Positions 25,264-38,249 of a DNA stretch of 64,000 bases are shown piece after piece. Where the stretch lies: positions 91,884,001-91,948,000 of the forward strand of contig NC_043005.1 of NCBI RefSeq assembly GCF_006345805.1. Direction: 5' to 3'. The stretch's first letter is position 1, and every line of letters starts with the position of its first letter. This stretch comes from Octopus sinensis (taxonomy: Eukaryota). The position numbers and the translations under genes are program-made. The notes beneath the pieces are model-generated. The model did not search any database, was not told the DNA's origin, and saw only the letters and a list, made by a program, of their open reading frames with translations.

Positions 25264-25640
25264 TATATATATACATTGTGTGTGTTTGTGTATGTATATA
25301 TGTGTATATATGTTTGTATATATATATAAATATGTGTGTGTATATAAATGTCTGTATGTGTGTGTGTGTGTATATTTGCCCATAAAATTTCATAAGTTAG
25401 AAATATATCAGGCATTCATATATTAGGCAATATAATAGGTATATTCGCCATGATAGATCGTTAGCCACTACACACATTTTTTTTCTCTCCTTGTTTCTCT
25501 CTTTGTTTTTTTCTGTGTCCCTTTCTGTAGAAGAGCGTAGGCTCGAATCATAAAAGACTTTTTCTATTCCTGAGCATTATACTAATACATCTGTTTGTTT
25601 TGGACACCACCTGTCTTTGTCTTTTGTTTTTTTTATAAAC
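25046..25640 (+). repeat. Two apparently identical 199-bp direct repeats (25046-25244, 25442-25640), probably Penelope-derived
   Basis: Identical including homopolymer lengths; contain a hammerhead-like relic cttt-ctgtaga-agagcgtaggctc-gaat-cata-aaag. Confidence 0.9.
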
Positions 25641-27009
25641 TCTCCCTATATAATTTATATAGTATTTTAAAGTTAGATTCATAACAGCCAATTCATGTTG
25701 TCGAATGAGTTCATGTTAAAGAACCTTCCAAGTGAGGGAAGGTAAATTAACAGTCATCAGACACAGCTGAATGGAAGAATATAGCTTAGACTCTTTATAT
25801 GTACAATACACACACACACACACACACAAAACAATGACCATGTTTAGCACTCTTTATTAATTTTTTTTGTTGCTCTCCAAATGGTGTTCAACTCGAAAAT
25901 AATGTTATCTTTAGATAGATAAATCTTAAATATACTAAATATATATATAATTATGTAAATATTTCTTGTTTTACATAAATAGTTCAAAACTAAAAAAAAT
26001 TTCCAAGAATTGTTTTTTTTCTTTACTTTCTTTACTTCCTTAATTTACTAATCTCAAATTAAGTATATCTAGATAATCAAGTTTCCAACTTCACACTTAC
26101 ACATGCATACAAGCTATATGTTAATTATTGTTTATTCATTATTTTCTTCTATATTGGTTTGATGCAAACATAGGTCTTATAGTGTTGCAAATCATGTTAG
26201 ACTAAGAATCGTTGGAGCAAGTGCTTTTGCTCCTAGGCAGTTTTTTGAATGTTAATTATCTTGATATTGATTAGAAGATGTATTTATTATCATTGAGTAG
26301 GTTGATGAGAGAAAATGGAATATTAATATGATTTGCCTACGATCCTGATTAAAATAATAGTGATAAGAATTAAACCCATATTTAGACAACTAATTCCTTA
26401 GCTTCACTTCAGAGACGGTTTTGTGTTTTCTCTATCATATATTACAAATTATTTCTGTAAATAAAATAAACCTTTTATATCTAATTGATTTAAGTGTTTC
26501 TTCTGAGCACTTAAGAATTTCTATGTCAAACTGAACACACATTTTTTCATTGAAAGAAATGTTGTCTTTATTTCCTGATGAAATTAGGATGAGTACTATC
26601 AATTTGCATAGAGGCAAATTGGTATACATAGAAGAGCATGAGACTAAAACGCTATATTGCATTTAGTTTTGTCCTCCTACATTCTGAATTTCAGTCCCTT
26701 TAAGAGAAAATATACAAGTAGTATATTATAAAAAGTTCTTTTGGTTTTCTTTTTTGCTAATTTAAAATAAACAGAAATCATTTTCAATTGTGATGAGGAG
26801 AAGAGATTTTACTTCATATAAACCTCTAATGCCTGCAAAAAAGGAGTTAAGATGACATAATGTCTGTAGATAATTTCTAGCTTTTTGTTAAAATGCTATG
26901 TCTTTGGTTTTCAAGTGCCAACATCCCTAATTTGTTTGCTTGTGTTTTCTTGATTAAAAGAGTTAAAAGGTTTCAAATTCTTAATCCCCATTTAAATTTC
27001 ATTTTCTCA

Positions 27010-27258
27010 GTAGCCCGTCATATATATGTATATATGTATGTGTGTGTGTATATGTTTGTGTGTCTGTGTTTGTCCCCCCAAACATCACTTGACAACCAAT
27101 GCTGGTGTGTTTACATCCCTGTAACTTAGTGGTTCGGTGAAAGAGACTGATAGAATAAGTACTAGGCTTACAAAGAATAAGTCCTGGGTTGATTTGCTCG
27201 ACTAAGAGGCGGTGCTCCAGCATGGCCACAATCAAATGACTGAAACAAATAAAAGAGT
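27010..27258 (+). mobile_element. SINE family A, 3' half
   Basis: tgtctgtgtttgtccccc...gaataagtactaggcttacaaagaataagtcctgg...aaatgactgaaac. Confidence 0.8.
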
Positions 27259-27548
27259 ATATACATCAGGCCATTAAGAATGAAATATCCAGTTTTGAAC
27301 TGTAAGTTTATTTTACTTCATCTCAACAAAAAGCAATGCAATTAATCAAAGTATGAACCTAAATTATCAACACAATCTTCCCATCATCACCTCTCTCTTT
27401 TTAATCCAAAACACCTCTCAATGAACTATAATAACTTCTCAACAATTTCCTGTAACTCCACGAGCTCATGAACAACAACGCTGCTACTTGTGCGAGTTTG
27501 GCTAGTCCATTCTCACAGTGGGTGTCATGATTCTTGCCGTAACAATAT

Positions 27549-28440
27549 ATACACAGGGTGCAATGGGTAAACTGTTACCATTTTATATCTTTAATTTTGC
27601 GCATGTGCATTGTTTGTTTTTGATTTTGTCAACTACAAAGTATAGTAGGATCAGTTGGGTGCTGTCTGTGAGAAAAACAGCACCATGACACAATTCACTC
27701 TGCCAGAAATTTGGAAATGACATGCAGCAGTCATGGCATACATGCTGGAAGCTCCAATATAGACATTTCAGAGTGTTTGGGTGTCAATCTGAAGACAGTG
27801 CAATCTGAGGACATGTACCAAGAGTGATAAAAATTAAACATCCGATCAATATCATGGTGTTTGGAGTGATCACTAGTGATGACGATGGTATACCTTCATT
27901 CATCTTCCCACATGGCCTCAGACTCAATATGGAGGCCTACATCAAGTGCCTGGAGGAGGTAGTGCTACCCTTGGTCAAGAGGGTGGCTGCAGGAAGACCC
28001 TATGTCTGGCAACAGGACTCTGCACTATGCCACACAAGTAGGAGACGCAGTCATGGTTGTCAGACAATTTCTGTGACCACATCACCCCTAACATTGGGTC
28101 ACCTAACTCCCCAGACTGCTAACCCCTTGATTATTATGTGTAGGGCTTAGTTGAACAAGAGACCAACATAACTTCTTATAATGCCAAAGATAAACTGAAG
28201 GATTATGGCAGCATGCACCAACTTAAACAAGGAGACTGTCCAGAAGAGGTGCAGGAGATTCCAAAGTCGTCTGGAGGTAGTGGTCGAAGCCAATGGCAAT
28301 TTTGTTGAGTATATTTACTCTTTAGTATTTCAAAATATTTTTATGTAATTTTGGTAAATGTACCTGTTAAAATGAAATGTCAGTGTTACTTTTCATTTTT
28401 GCATAATTTAGATGACAGTTTATTCACCACACTCTCAATA
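27549..28440 (+). mobile_element. Internally deleted Tc1/mariner-superfamily element of DD37D (maT-like) type
   Basis: ORF ...NIMVFGVITSD...YVWQQDSALCHT, frameshifted ...NSPDCNPLDYYV; 37 residues between the 2nd and 3rd Asp after frameshift repair; degenerate TIRs cagggtgcaatgggtaaactgt / acagtttattcaccacactct. Confidence 0.8.
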
Positions 28441-28537
28441 TATATATATATAATAATAAATATTAGGGAATAAATCCAAACTTACAGGGAAAAATCAGAT
28501 TTAGGATTGAATCCAATTTTATAGTAAAATATTTAAA

Positions 28538-28604
28538 CCACCTGATGAATGACTGTAACTCGAAAATTTAAAGAAATTAACAGCCATGAAACGATCGTAG
28601 TGTT
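28538..28604 (+). ncRNA. Type I hammerhead ribozyme motif (Penelope pLTR-type, palindromic stem III)
   Basis: CUGAUGA 28542-48; stem II atgactgt/acagccat (7 of 8 pairs); GAAA 28588-91; palindromic ACGAUCGU; GUA cleavage triplet; stem I cac/gtg. Confidence 0.75.
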
Positions 28605-28725
28605 ATATTAATTATATTTTTTTATATTTAAATAATATAAATTAAATAATCTTATGTATTGGCTTAAGTTTTTCATTGTATGATTTGCCTAATAGTGGTT
28701 TTGTCTCTAATTTAATATAATATTA

Positions 28726-28762
<37 letters not shown>

Positions 28763-28787
28763 TTATATATATATATATACATATGTA

Positions 28788-29140
28788 TATAATATGTGAC
28801 AATTATTCGGTAGCCAAGATAAAACTCTCTGATTTTAGATGCCAAGGTGGAAATCCACAAGACCATCTCTTTAGTTATCTGGCCATCTGAAAAATGCTAT
28901 GAAAAAAGACCATTATACAAAGGGAAATTACTGTATTATAGACCACTATTTATATTTATATTTATTTATTTTTGTATAAATAGCAGTCTATAACACAGTA
29001 ATTTCCCTTTGTATAATGGTCTTTTTTCATAGCGTTTTTCGGATGGCCAGATAATTGAAGAGATGGTGGTGTGGATTTCCACCTCGGCATCCGAAACTCA
29101 GAGTTTTATCTTGGCTACCGAATAATTGTCACATATTATA
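28788..29140. repeat. 353-bp foldback palindrome (MITE-like) flanked by (TA)n
   Basis: tataatatgtgacaattattcggtagccaagataaaactc mirrored by gagttttatcttggctaccgaataattgtcacatattata; arms pair inward to an AT-rich centre. Confidence 0.9.
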
Positions 29141-29211
29141 TTTACAGATAAATTCCTCTATTTACATAATATTGAGGTCTCTTTCTTTCTTTTGTTATCT
29201 TACCATTTTTA

Positions 29212-29263
<52 letters not shown>

Positions 29264-30051
29264 AATTCTTTCAGAGGTGTTATAGCTTCACTCTTTTGTA
29301 AATTTACTTATCTTTTTGATTATCTACCATGTGTTCTGTGTCATCTTCCACCACCTTGAATTTACATTATCTTGTTTATAAAGTTCATCCAAACATACTC
29401 TGATTTAATGTCATTTCCTGTGAGGTTTTCTTCCTATTTTGTAAATCAATTTACAATTTTCTTTTATTCCTCGACTTCAATCTCACTGACATTTAGAACA
29501 TGCATGCATATCATTTTTGTATAAATTTTACCTTCTCATACATACATAACACTTAGTCAATAAGCTGTATTTCCTTGTTGACATCAGTTTACAGAAATGA
29601 TAGTGTATACTATTTATGCATAGTTTTGTTTTTCCATGCTATCAGTTCAAATATCAATGAGATTTATTTGGTCTTTCATCTCAAAAGAATTAGCAAAATA
29701 TGTTTCAATAATATAGTGAGGTTCTTTCATTTCTTTGTATTTTCTCCCTGTTTTGTGCCTAGTATAAAAAAAATATCAATAGTCCTCCAAGCCAAACTTT
29801 TCTTCCTTAATATCACAAATTCCAAAATAAGGTCAACAGGAAATATGTATTTAATTTAATGATTATTAGAAACTGTCTCCTTGTGTATGAATTGTAACAT
29901 CTATTGCATCATGCTTTAGTTTGCTTGAAATATTTACTTTTCCTGGGCACTCAGTAATTTCATTCCTTACATTGTATTATATTTACACTTGCTGTTTTTC
30001 TGTATATGCCATACAGTTATTTCTATGTATATATATTTCAACTAAATATAT

Positions 30052-30292
30052 AAAATACAAAAATGGGATAAGAACGCAAAACATCCAGACAGTTAGGTGA
30101 TACAAAAAAGGAATAACAAAATATCCAGACAGACGATACAAGAAAAACAAGGACAAGTCATTCGGAGTTTTCTATCCTCAGTCAAGTTCCAGATTATCTT
30201 TGCAATTTTGGCTGGTTATACTCGAGATTGCTCCAATCTGGCCAGCCCCAAGGAAAAAATAAGCTAAGAGCATTAGATTCCTTGGAAGAAAT
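30052..30292. repeat. Interspersed repeat, possibly Penelope-derived
   Basis: Internal duplicated aaaacatccagacag motif; composition distinct from flanks; hammerhead-like relic on minus strand. Confidence 0.4.
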
Positions 30293-31228
30293 AATACAAT
30301 CAAATACTTGGTTATGACCCAAAGATATGCTTGGCCATTTATCTTAATACAGCACTATTATTTATCAATCCCAAAAGAATGAACATTTGGCTGGATTAGA
30401 AGTTTATATTAGCAAGCCACTAAATTATTCATTAGGTTTGGCTCCTTACCATATTTCTTTCATCACAAATATACTTTTTGAGGAATAATTTGGTCACTAT
30501 ATTAATATTGAATATTTGATTTAGGGAAGCTTTGCAAGTGGATTGTGAAAACAATTTTGTGGGTGCAATAAGTTGTGAATTTCTGAGAGTCATATATTGC
30601 ATTATTTAAAAAGGAGAAAATAGAATGACAAGAAGAACAAGTTAAAAGTAGTGAAATCATTAAAGCTAAGTTATATAGATTGTTTGTCAGTTTGCATTTA
30701 TAATAATATATGCAAATCTAGCGACCATATAGACCAGTAGTAGATTTAGGAAATTACATGACCTAAAGATAATAAATAAGTTCCATGAGTCAATCTATGA
30801 AGTTAGGTTAATCAACTCCCCCCACCCACCCCAAAAAGAGTGAAAGACAAAGTTTATTTTTATTTATTTATTTATAATAATAATAATAATAATAATGATA
30901 ATTGGTAATTGTTACTTTTAATGTAAATGGACAGGATGCAACAATAGTAAGTGAGACTTTAGATTCATTTATTTGAGCTTGACCTTGTGACACAAATCCC
31001 ACTTAATCCAATATTGGTATTGAAAAATTCATGGTAACTTCATTTACCATTCAATTCCATGCTTGTGTGTTTGAATTCCACAACCTGTAAAATTTCCTCC
31101 TATTACATCTCTCCTCTGAAATAGCATGTTTGCTGAGTCATTGTTGTGAATGCTACCATTATTATTTGTTTGGTAAGAACATATACACATATGCATGTGC
31201 ACATACAGTTAAATGAAATAGATAACCA

Positions 31229-31461
31229 TAAGGCGGTGAGCTGGCAGAAACATTAGCACGCCAGGCGAAATGCTTAGTGGTATTTCGTCTGCTGCTACAT
31301 TCTGAGTTCAAATTTCGCTGAGGTCGACTTTACCTTTCATCCTTTCGGGGTCGATAAATTATGTACCAGTTACACACTGGGGTCAGTATAATCGACTTAA
31401 TCCGTTTGTCTGTCCTTTTTGTCCCCTCTGTGTTTAGCCCCTTGTGGGTAGTAAAGAAATA
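31229..31461 (+). mobile_element. SINE family B with 14-bp TSD
   Basis: gaaatagataacca at 31215-31228 and 31462-31475. Confidence 0.92.
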
Positions 31462-34400
31462 GAAATAGATAACCAATCTTAGGATTTCGGCTGAACAAAC
31501 GTCACTAAAAGAAGTCTTATTGAGACAACAATTGTAAAGATTTTATTTCAAATTATTGTTTAGGATTTAGAAAATTTAGAAAAGTTATCTTCATGACAAT
31601 GCAAACTTATCCTACTACCACTATCACGTCTGCCAATAAAAGAGCTGAGTCATCAAAAGAGCTAGAAACCGCAAGTTGTTTGACTTACTAGAAACAGCAG
31701 CCAACTCTCCCTCAAATAACACTAGTGTTTTAGAAACTAATTCTTCAGGATAATGCAAGGTGTACATAAGCTGGAGGTTCATGGCTGGAAGTCCTGCTTG
31801 ACTGGGGACAACTTAGGCCTAAAAAACAACTGCAATGGAGCGAGCCTTTGTATGGGTTCTTAATTTCAAATATCCTTCATTTATCACATCCTGCTGTCTT
31901 AAATATGAAAAAACAAGGGATTGCAATGGTTGGAAAGCCTTTGCTTATTGATCTACTCAATCAGGGTTGAATCAACAACAACAAATCAACAGAAACACTG
32001 AGCAAATAAAAAAGCTACTATGTAATTTTTAACTGCTAGAAACAACAGCTAGATGACTTTCAGATCACACTATTTTAAGAAAAGGCACCCTCCATAGTGA
32101 AAAAATGTCCCATAGGTAGCTAGTTCTGCATCCCAAACACAAGCATTTCTCTTTATAGTCAAAAATATTTGATTTCCCAACAATTGCTGAGACTCTACAA
32201 AGCTCAGTGAGGCCCATAACAGATTATTGTGCCTATATCCTGGCCAGCAGCTAGAGAAGTATTTCTTACATCATCTTATAATTAAAGTGAATTTTCTAAC
32301 ATTATTTTTAATTAAATACCACTAAGTTGCTTAAATGGGTTTTTTGTCATATTACACAAGCTTTTAAAATGAAAGCATTGCTGACGCTTACACATCGTTG
32401 TATCTTAAAATTGTTACTTTTTTCACTGTTGTTTCTAAATAACTACTTAGAAGTTACCTGAACATTTTTTCCTCTCTTGGTAATATGCATGCTTTTAAAA
32501 TGATTTTTTTTTCTTATTATAATAAACAATACTTTGTTTTCATTTCGGCATTTCAAGTAAACCATAATTTTTACCTGATATATATGTATACTTGATGTAT
32601 AGTTTTTACTTGATATATCTTTATACTTCATACTTCATATATGAAGTAAACCATAGTGTTTACTTTATGCGTTCCCACTGTAATTCTATACATTTACCTG
32701 GAAAGTAAATAAATAATTTTACCAGAATGGTGAATTGACAACTCATTTCAAAAAGTAAACAAAAATATTTGAAAGATTTCAGAAGAAACATTTATGAATA
32801 GATCTCTCTCTTTCTATATATATATACACACGTGTGTGTGTGTGTGTGTAAAAAGTACCTAGTACACATTTCAATGTCACTGGCATGAGGAAGGGCTTCC
32901 AGCCACTGAATCCATGCCAAAGGTGTCATTGCAACTTGATGCTACCCTGTGGCTCACTAGAATTTGTCAAACCATTCAACCCATGCCAGCATAGAAATAG
33001 ATGTTAAATGATGTATATGCATATGTGTGTGTATCTATAATGTAAATCCCGTTCTGTGTGTGTAAAAGATTATAATGGCTGTATTTTTCAACTGATTTTC
33101 TCCAAACTGTGAACAGACATTACCTATGTTCCAGGGATGGTTTTAGACTCTTAAAAGTTTTCACATAATGAGTAACAGGGCCCCTTGGGGCAGAATATAC
33201 CCATTCCTGGGTTATGTGGAGAAGGGAGGTAACTCTTTGTGAAGTAACTTTCAGAAATTGATTGTCTCACTTACATCCATTTGTCAAAAAATGATCACAA
33301 TCTCATCTTCTAAAATATAAAATAGAGATGTGTGTGTATTCACTTTTCACGTGCAAACAGCTTCACCAATTGCTTTCATACCTGTTATGCATGAATAATT
33401 TGACCATGGACATATGTTCAGCTCTTAATTTGATTTTTTTTATTAAAAATAAAAAAAATATTGATTTTTATATTAGATTCATGTCTTTGAAAGTTAAAAA
33501 AAATATTTACTTTCGGTTTTCTAGTGTCAGTGACGTCTATATCTCTCTATCAATCTCTCTCTATCTATTTTTATCTCTCTATATCTCTCCATCCATCTGT
33601 ATATCTATCTATCTATCTGTATCTGTCTGTCTATCTATATCTATCTTATTTGTCTAACTTGCTAGCTCTCTTTCTATATCTCACTCACTCTCTATTGTTT
33701 TCACTGTAAGTTTTCAATTGCTATATACAAACAACAATGATAAATTACTGACAGAAAGAAGTTCACAATTACTGATGAAAGTAATTTCATGCATAATTTA
33801 CTGACAGAAGAACTTCATAAATTTCACTTCAGTCCATACACTTCGTTAAATTTGCCTACAAATTTCTTATTTACTATTGCAACATTTTGTATTTTGTTGA
33901 TGGAATTACTGATAAAAGTAAGTTCATAATTTACTGACAGAAGTAACCTCAAAAATTTCCTGAAAAATTTCTTATTTACTTTTGCAATGGTTTTGTGTTT
34001 TTTGTTGTTAATGGCATTTTTCCTGTTCCTTCAATACAAATTTCGCTTCAACTCATGCAATTCTTTATTTTCTGTAAATATTTCTTATTTACTTTCTGCC
34101 TGTCATATTAAGAAATATAATTTCCATTACTCAGTTATTTTCATTGTTGTCTATCTTCTGCACTTGTGTATCCCTAGAAGGAAAGTGTCAAATTTGTCTA
34201 GAATGTCAAGGTCAGCCAAAACAATGTCTCTGTGGCAAAAATTTGAAATCATTATTATCATTAAGGTGGCAAGCTTGCAGAATCATTAGCATCACCAGGC
34301 AAAATGCTTTGTAGCATTTCATCTGTTTTTACGTTCTGAGTGCAAATTCCACCAACATCAACTTTACCTTTCATTACATGTTTTCTTTTTTAGTTATTAA

Positions 34401-35425
34401 ACAAAAATCATATTTTTAATGATCAATCATATTTTAATCAAAATTGATAATTAAAGCTATAGGAATTATTTCATGCTTAATTGCTTATCTACGAACAGAT
34501 TAGAATGAATTAGGTGGTTTTAAAACATTGTTTGATCCTCAATATTTATACTAAATCATTGTTTTTACATTGCTTCTTTCATAAGCGATTGACTGTTGCC
34601 AAGTTATATGAGTAACTATATTGTGACAGAAATTCTGGAAGCACAAAAGTAAAATTGGGGCTGATAGATATCAATCTCAAAAACTACAAGAAAACACCCT
34701 AAATATCTTCTTTGCTACTCCACATCTTCCCTTGTTTATGTCAAATATTGATACAGATGTTGATATTTTAATTGACAGATTGCTGAAAAAGCAAGCTACA
34801 ACAATTTGTCTTTATAATAGGATCTAACAATTCTTCTGCTAAACTTTTATAATTTCAGCATTACATTTTATTTATTCATTTTTTTTCTTCAAAAGAATGA
34901 ACTGAATTTCCTTAGGGATGGCAGCTTTCAACAATACAGAATAAAATCAGGATGAGATTGCATGACCAAGTGGATAAGCTGACAGCTTTTAGCTAAAGAA
35001 GCATACATTGTATTCTGATCTCATCATGGATGCTATTAAACTTCTGTTTCACTTACCTGGCACCAGAGCAATTAAGTATAGCAAGAGGAGGGGAAGCAGG
35101 AAAGATATTCCTTCAGTGAAATTTGTTAGATATAAAGTCACTTAAGTGAGTGACAGCTGCCATTAGTTACACATAATAATCCATCACGTCTCTCAGGGCT
35201 TCACATTCACATTTTCCAAGTTAAGTCATTTCAACAGATTTACTCGCATCTAATTGGTAAAAGATTGATTTATCTAAGTTATATGCTACCCTAATTAAAC
35301 CAGAACTGTTTGGCTAGTTAAATCATTTGATCCCTTTATTGTGTGGTTCAGTTATTTCATTTATAATACTTGTAAGATCTAACTTGAAACCAAAAGGTTT
35401 ATGTATTTTGTTTATTGATTTAGAT

Positions 35426-37393
35426 CAAAGGTTCTCAACAGGGGCCATTTAGAGCTCAGGGGGGCGTTTGGGAGCAAAGGGGATCTAGGGAGGCATTAAG
35501 AGACTTTGGGAGTGCTCCGCGGTGGTTCGTGCTGTGTCTCCCCTCTCTTTATCACTATGTCTCTCTCTATCAACTGTCACTCTGTCTATATCTCACTTTC
35601 TTTCGATTCCACCCACCTAGCCAATACGCCCTGCTTCCTACTTACCTCCTCCGCAACCCCCTCTCCTTTAAAAACCAATGCACGTGGCCTGACCCTTTCT
35701 ATCTGACTTACATACCCTGGCTGTAAACACAAAACACGAACCTCAGGATGAAAAATAGCAGCAAAGATATTTTTAAGATTTCGACTTGCTCCTCCTTTCA
35801 TTGTATTTTGTGAGTATTATCACCATAAAACCTTATTATTTTCTCCTTCTTACTGTCGATGTCTTTTGTCTCAAACACTAGCTCAAGCATTTCCTCACAA
35901 CATATACCCTCACTCATAGAAACTTATTCACACAACCACACAGCATTTTGTCTCTAATCTTGTCTTTCTCCCTCATCTATCAGTCATGCTATTCAATTCC
36001 TACACTATTTGCCTATCTATCGGTCTTTTCTGTCGCTTAAATTCCTACCCCATCGTTCCCAGTTCGCGGTGGTGCGCCCTCCCACCCCCTCCACTTGTAC
36101 CGGAAGTCCTTATCTCATCTCGTCTTCCTTTGCTTGTCTTCCATGAACTCCTAAAGGCCTTACGCCAACACTACCCCCACTATATAAGGTAGTGACCATA
36201 CGGTGCAAAACATGATAGTGTAATGTAGCAGGTTGAACTTAAGATCATTGCTTTGCTTATGAATTCTGCCAAATGCGAGCTCTCTTTTCAGGTACATGAC
36301 GCCACTGCTCCCTGTCCCAGGGTCTCTAGGGCCCATACCTCCCACACCCTCAGGGTTGGCACTCTCAACGTTGGCACACTGAAAGGTAGGTCTGGTAAGA
36401 TTGTTGAGATGCATGGTTGTTCACACACATGCGTCATATAGTCTGCCTTTTACTCTGAGCGAGAGGCCTTTTGTCCCTAGCAGAGGTAAGAGCTCTCTGA
36501 ACTTTGCCCAAGCTATTCTTACTCTAGCAGTTACACTTTCAACACACCCGCCCCCGCTACTGACTTGGTCACCTAGGAAAACCTGGGATGAGATGGTGAA
36601 GCACGACCTTCGAACTTTAGGTCTCACCGAGGAAATGACTAGAGACCAAGACCTTTGGAAGTATGCTGTGCGTGAGAAGACCCAGCAGGACAAGTGAGAC
36701 CATAACCCATGGCCTCAGTCCACTTATGCATACCTTTCCTTCTTGGGACACAAAACTCTACTTGTGAAGACCTGTTGAGGCAAGTGAAAATCAAAATCAA
36801 AATCAAAATCGATCAACATCAATGGAAATTGTAGCTGTGATACCAGTGCCGATGGCACATAAGAGAACCATCCGAACGTGGCTGTTGCCAGCACTGCCCC
36901 AACTGGCTTCCGTGCCGGTGGCACGTAAAAAGCACCATCCAATTGTGGCCGTTGCCAGCCTTGCCTGGCACCTGTGCCGGTGGCAGGTAAAAAGCACCCA
37001 CTACACCCATGGAGTGGTTGGCGTTAGGAAGGGCATCCAGCCGTAGAAACATTGCCAGATCAGACTGGTGCAGCCTTCTGGCTTCCCAGACTCCAGTTGC
37101 ACCGTCCAACCCATGTTAGCATGGAAAGCGGAAGCTAAACGATGATGATGATGATGATGAAGTAGTAGCCATATTTTCACATCTCTGCGACAGTCAACTT
37201 AAAAAATAAATCATGTTTTTTTGTTTCAAAATTTTGAAAACACTTCTTTCACTTTAATGACACCAAGCAAATTCCTGGTACCATGTGTAACTGGTGTCCC
37301 TAAAGTGAAACCCCCAAAACAAAAACTAAAAACAGATGAAAAAAACAGATGATTGAAAGAAAAAAATCTAAAGAATAAAACCTGAAAAGCTGA

Positions 37394-37441
<48 letters not shown>

Positions 37442-38249
37442 TTGTGTGCAAATATATAAAGAATGGTGGTTGGAATTTTGTATCAAACTGGCTTTTGGGT
37501 GTGGCTGATAGGTATGTTTTTGTGTATGTGTGTATATGTATGGGTATGTTTGTATGTGTATGATTGCATGTATTGCTGTTTTGAATTCCTTTCTGTGATT
37601 GAACTTAAATTGATTTTGTGAATGAAACAAACAAGATCCTGAATAAGAAATGAATGTTTAATATGACAAAATTTCAGATTCTTTTACACCATTTTAAAAG
37701 GAGGCTGATTTTGTGACTCAATCAAACTAGATCAGTGAATACCATCCTCCACCACTTTCTTCTCATGTGAAGTACATATGTATTTCAATGATTTCTATCA
37801 AATACACTCTCTTTCTTGAGCATAAAAAATCCTCTTCCCAGGTGACAATAACTTATATGTCAGATTGTTGCACAAGTTTTAGCTGTTTTGATAAGGGAAA
37901 TTGGAAAGGTTTGAAAGGATTTCATTGGCATTTACTTGTGCCAAAGAGCACTCTTTCGATAGACAACATGTTGATCTCATAAGTGTCGCATGGTGGAAAT
38001 AAATGCAATTACCAAACTTTCAATTCATTATTTCGTGTTTTTGCATTTCAATTTGTACATCTGTGCTCCCGACTGCGTACAAGTACATATGCAAAACAAC
38101 ATCCTTTATTTTTTAATCATTATCTGCTGATATCAAAATAAGTAGTATATTGAAAAATAAAAATAATTTGTGTGTGTGTGTGGGGGGGGTCAATTGTGAC
38201 TCCAAGTGTCAAAAGGGAGCCTTTGGCCAAAATGGGTTGAGAACCTTTG
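35426..38249. mobile_element. hAT-superfamily non-autonomous element with nested insertions
   Basis: TIRs caaaggttctcaac / gttgagaacctttg; exact 8-bp TSD ATTTAGAT at 35418-35425 and 38250-38257. Confidence 0.85.
35502..37160 (+). mobile_element. Rearranged RTE LINE derivative: putative 5' UTR + endonuclease start + inverted RT piece + ORF end + 3' UTR
   Basis: LRVGTLNVGTLKGRSG (+, about 36350); LGDQVSSGGGC...AWAKFRELLPLL...KGRLYDACV (-, 36411-36577); PRKTWDEMVKHDLRTLGL (+); RTE tail with (GAT)n. 5' boundary is inferred. Confidence 0.8.

Noticed and set aside
30150-30190. Minus-strand CUGAGGA...GAAU hammerhead-like string
   Set aside because: Stem II does not pair, A15 is mutated and there is no stem I; at best a relic
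33740-33990. Repeated atttactgacagaag motifs
   Set aside because: Small degenerate local tandem duplication with no further structure
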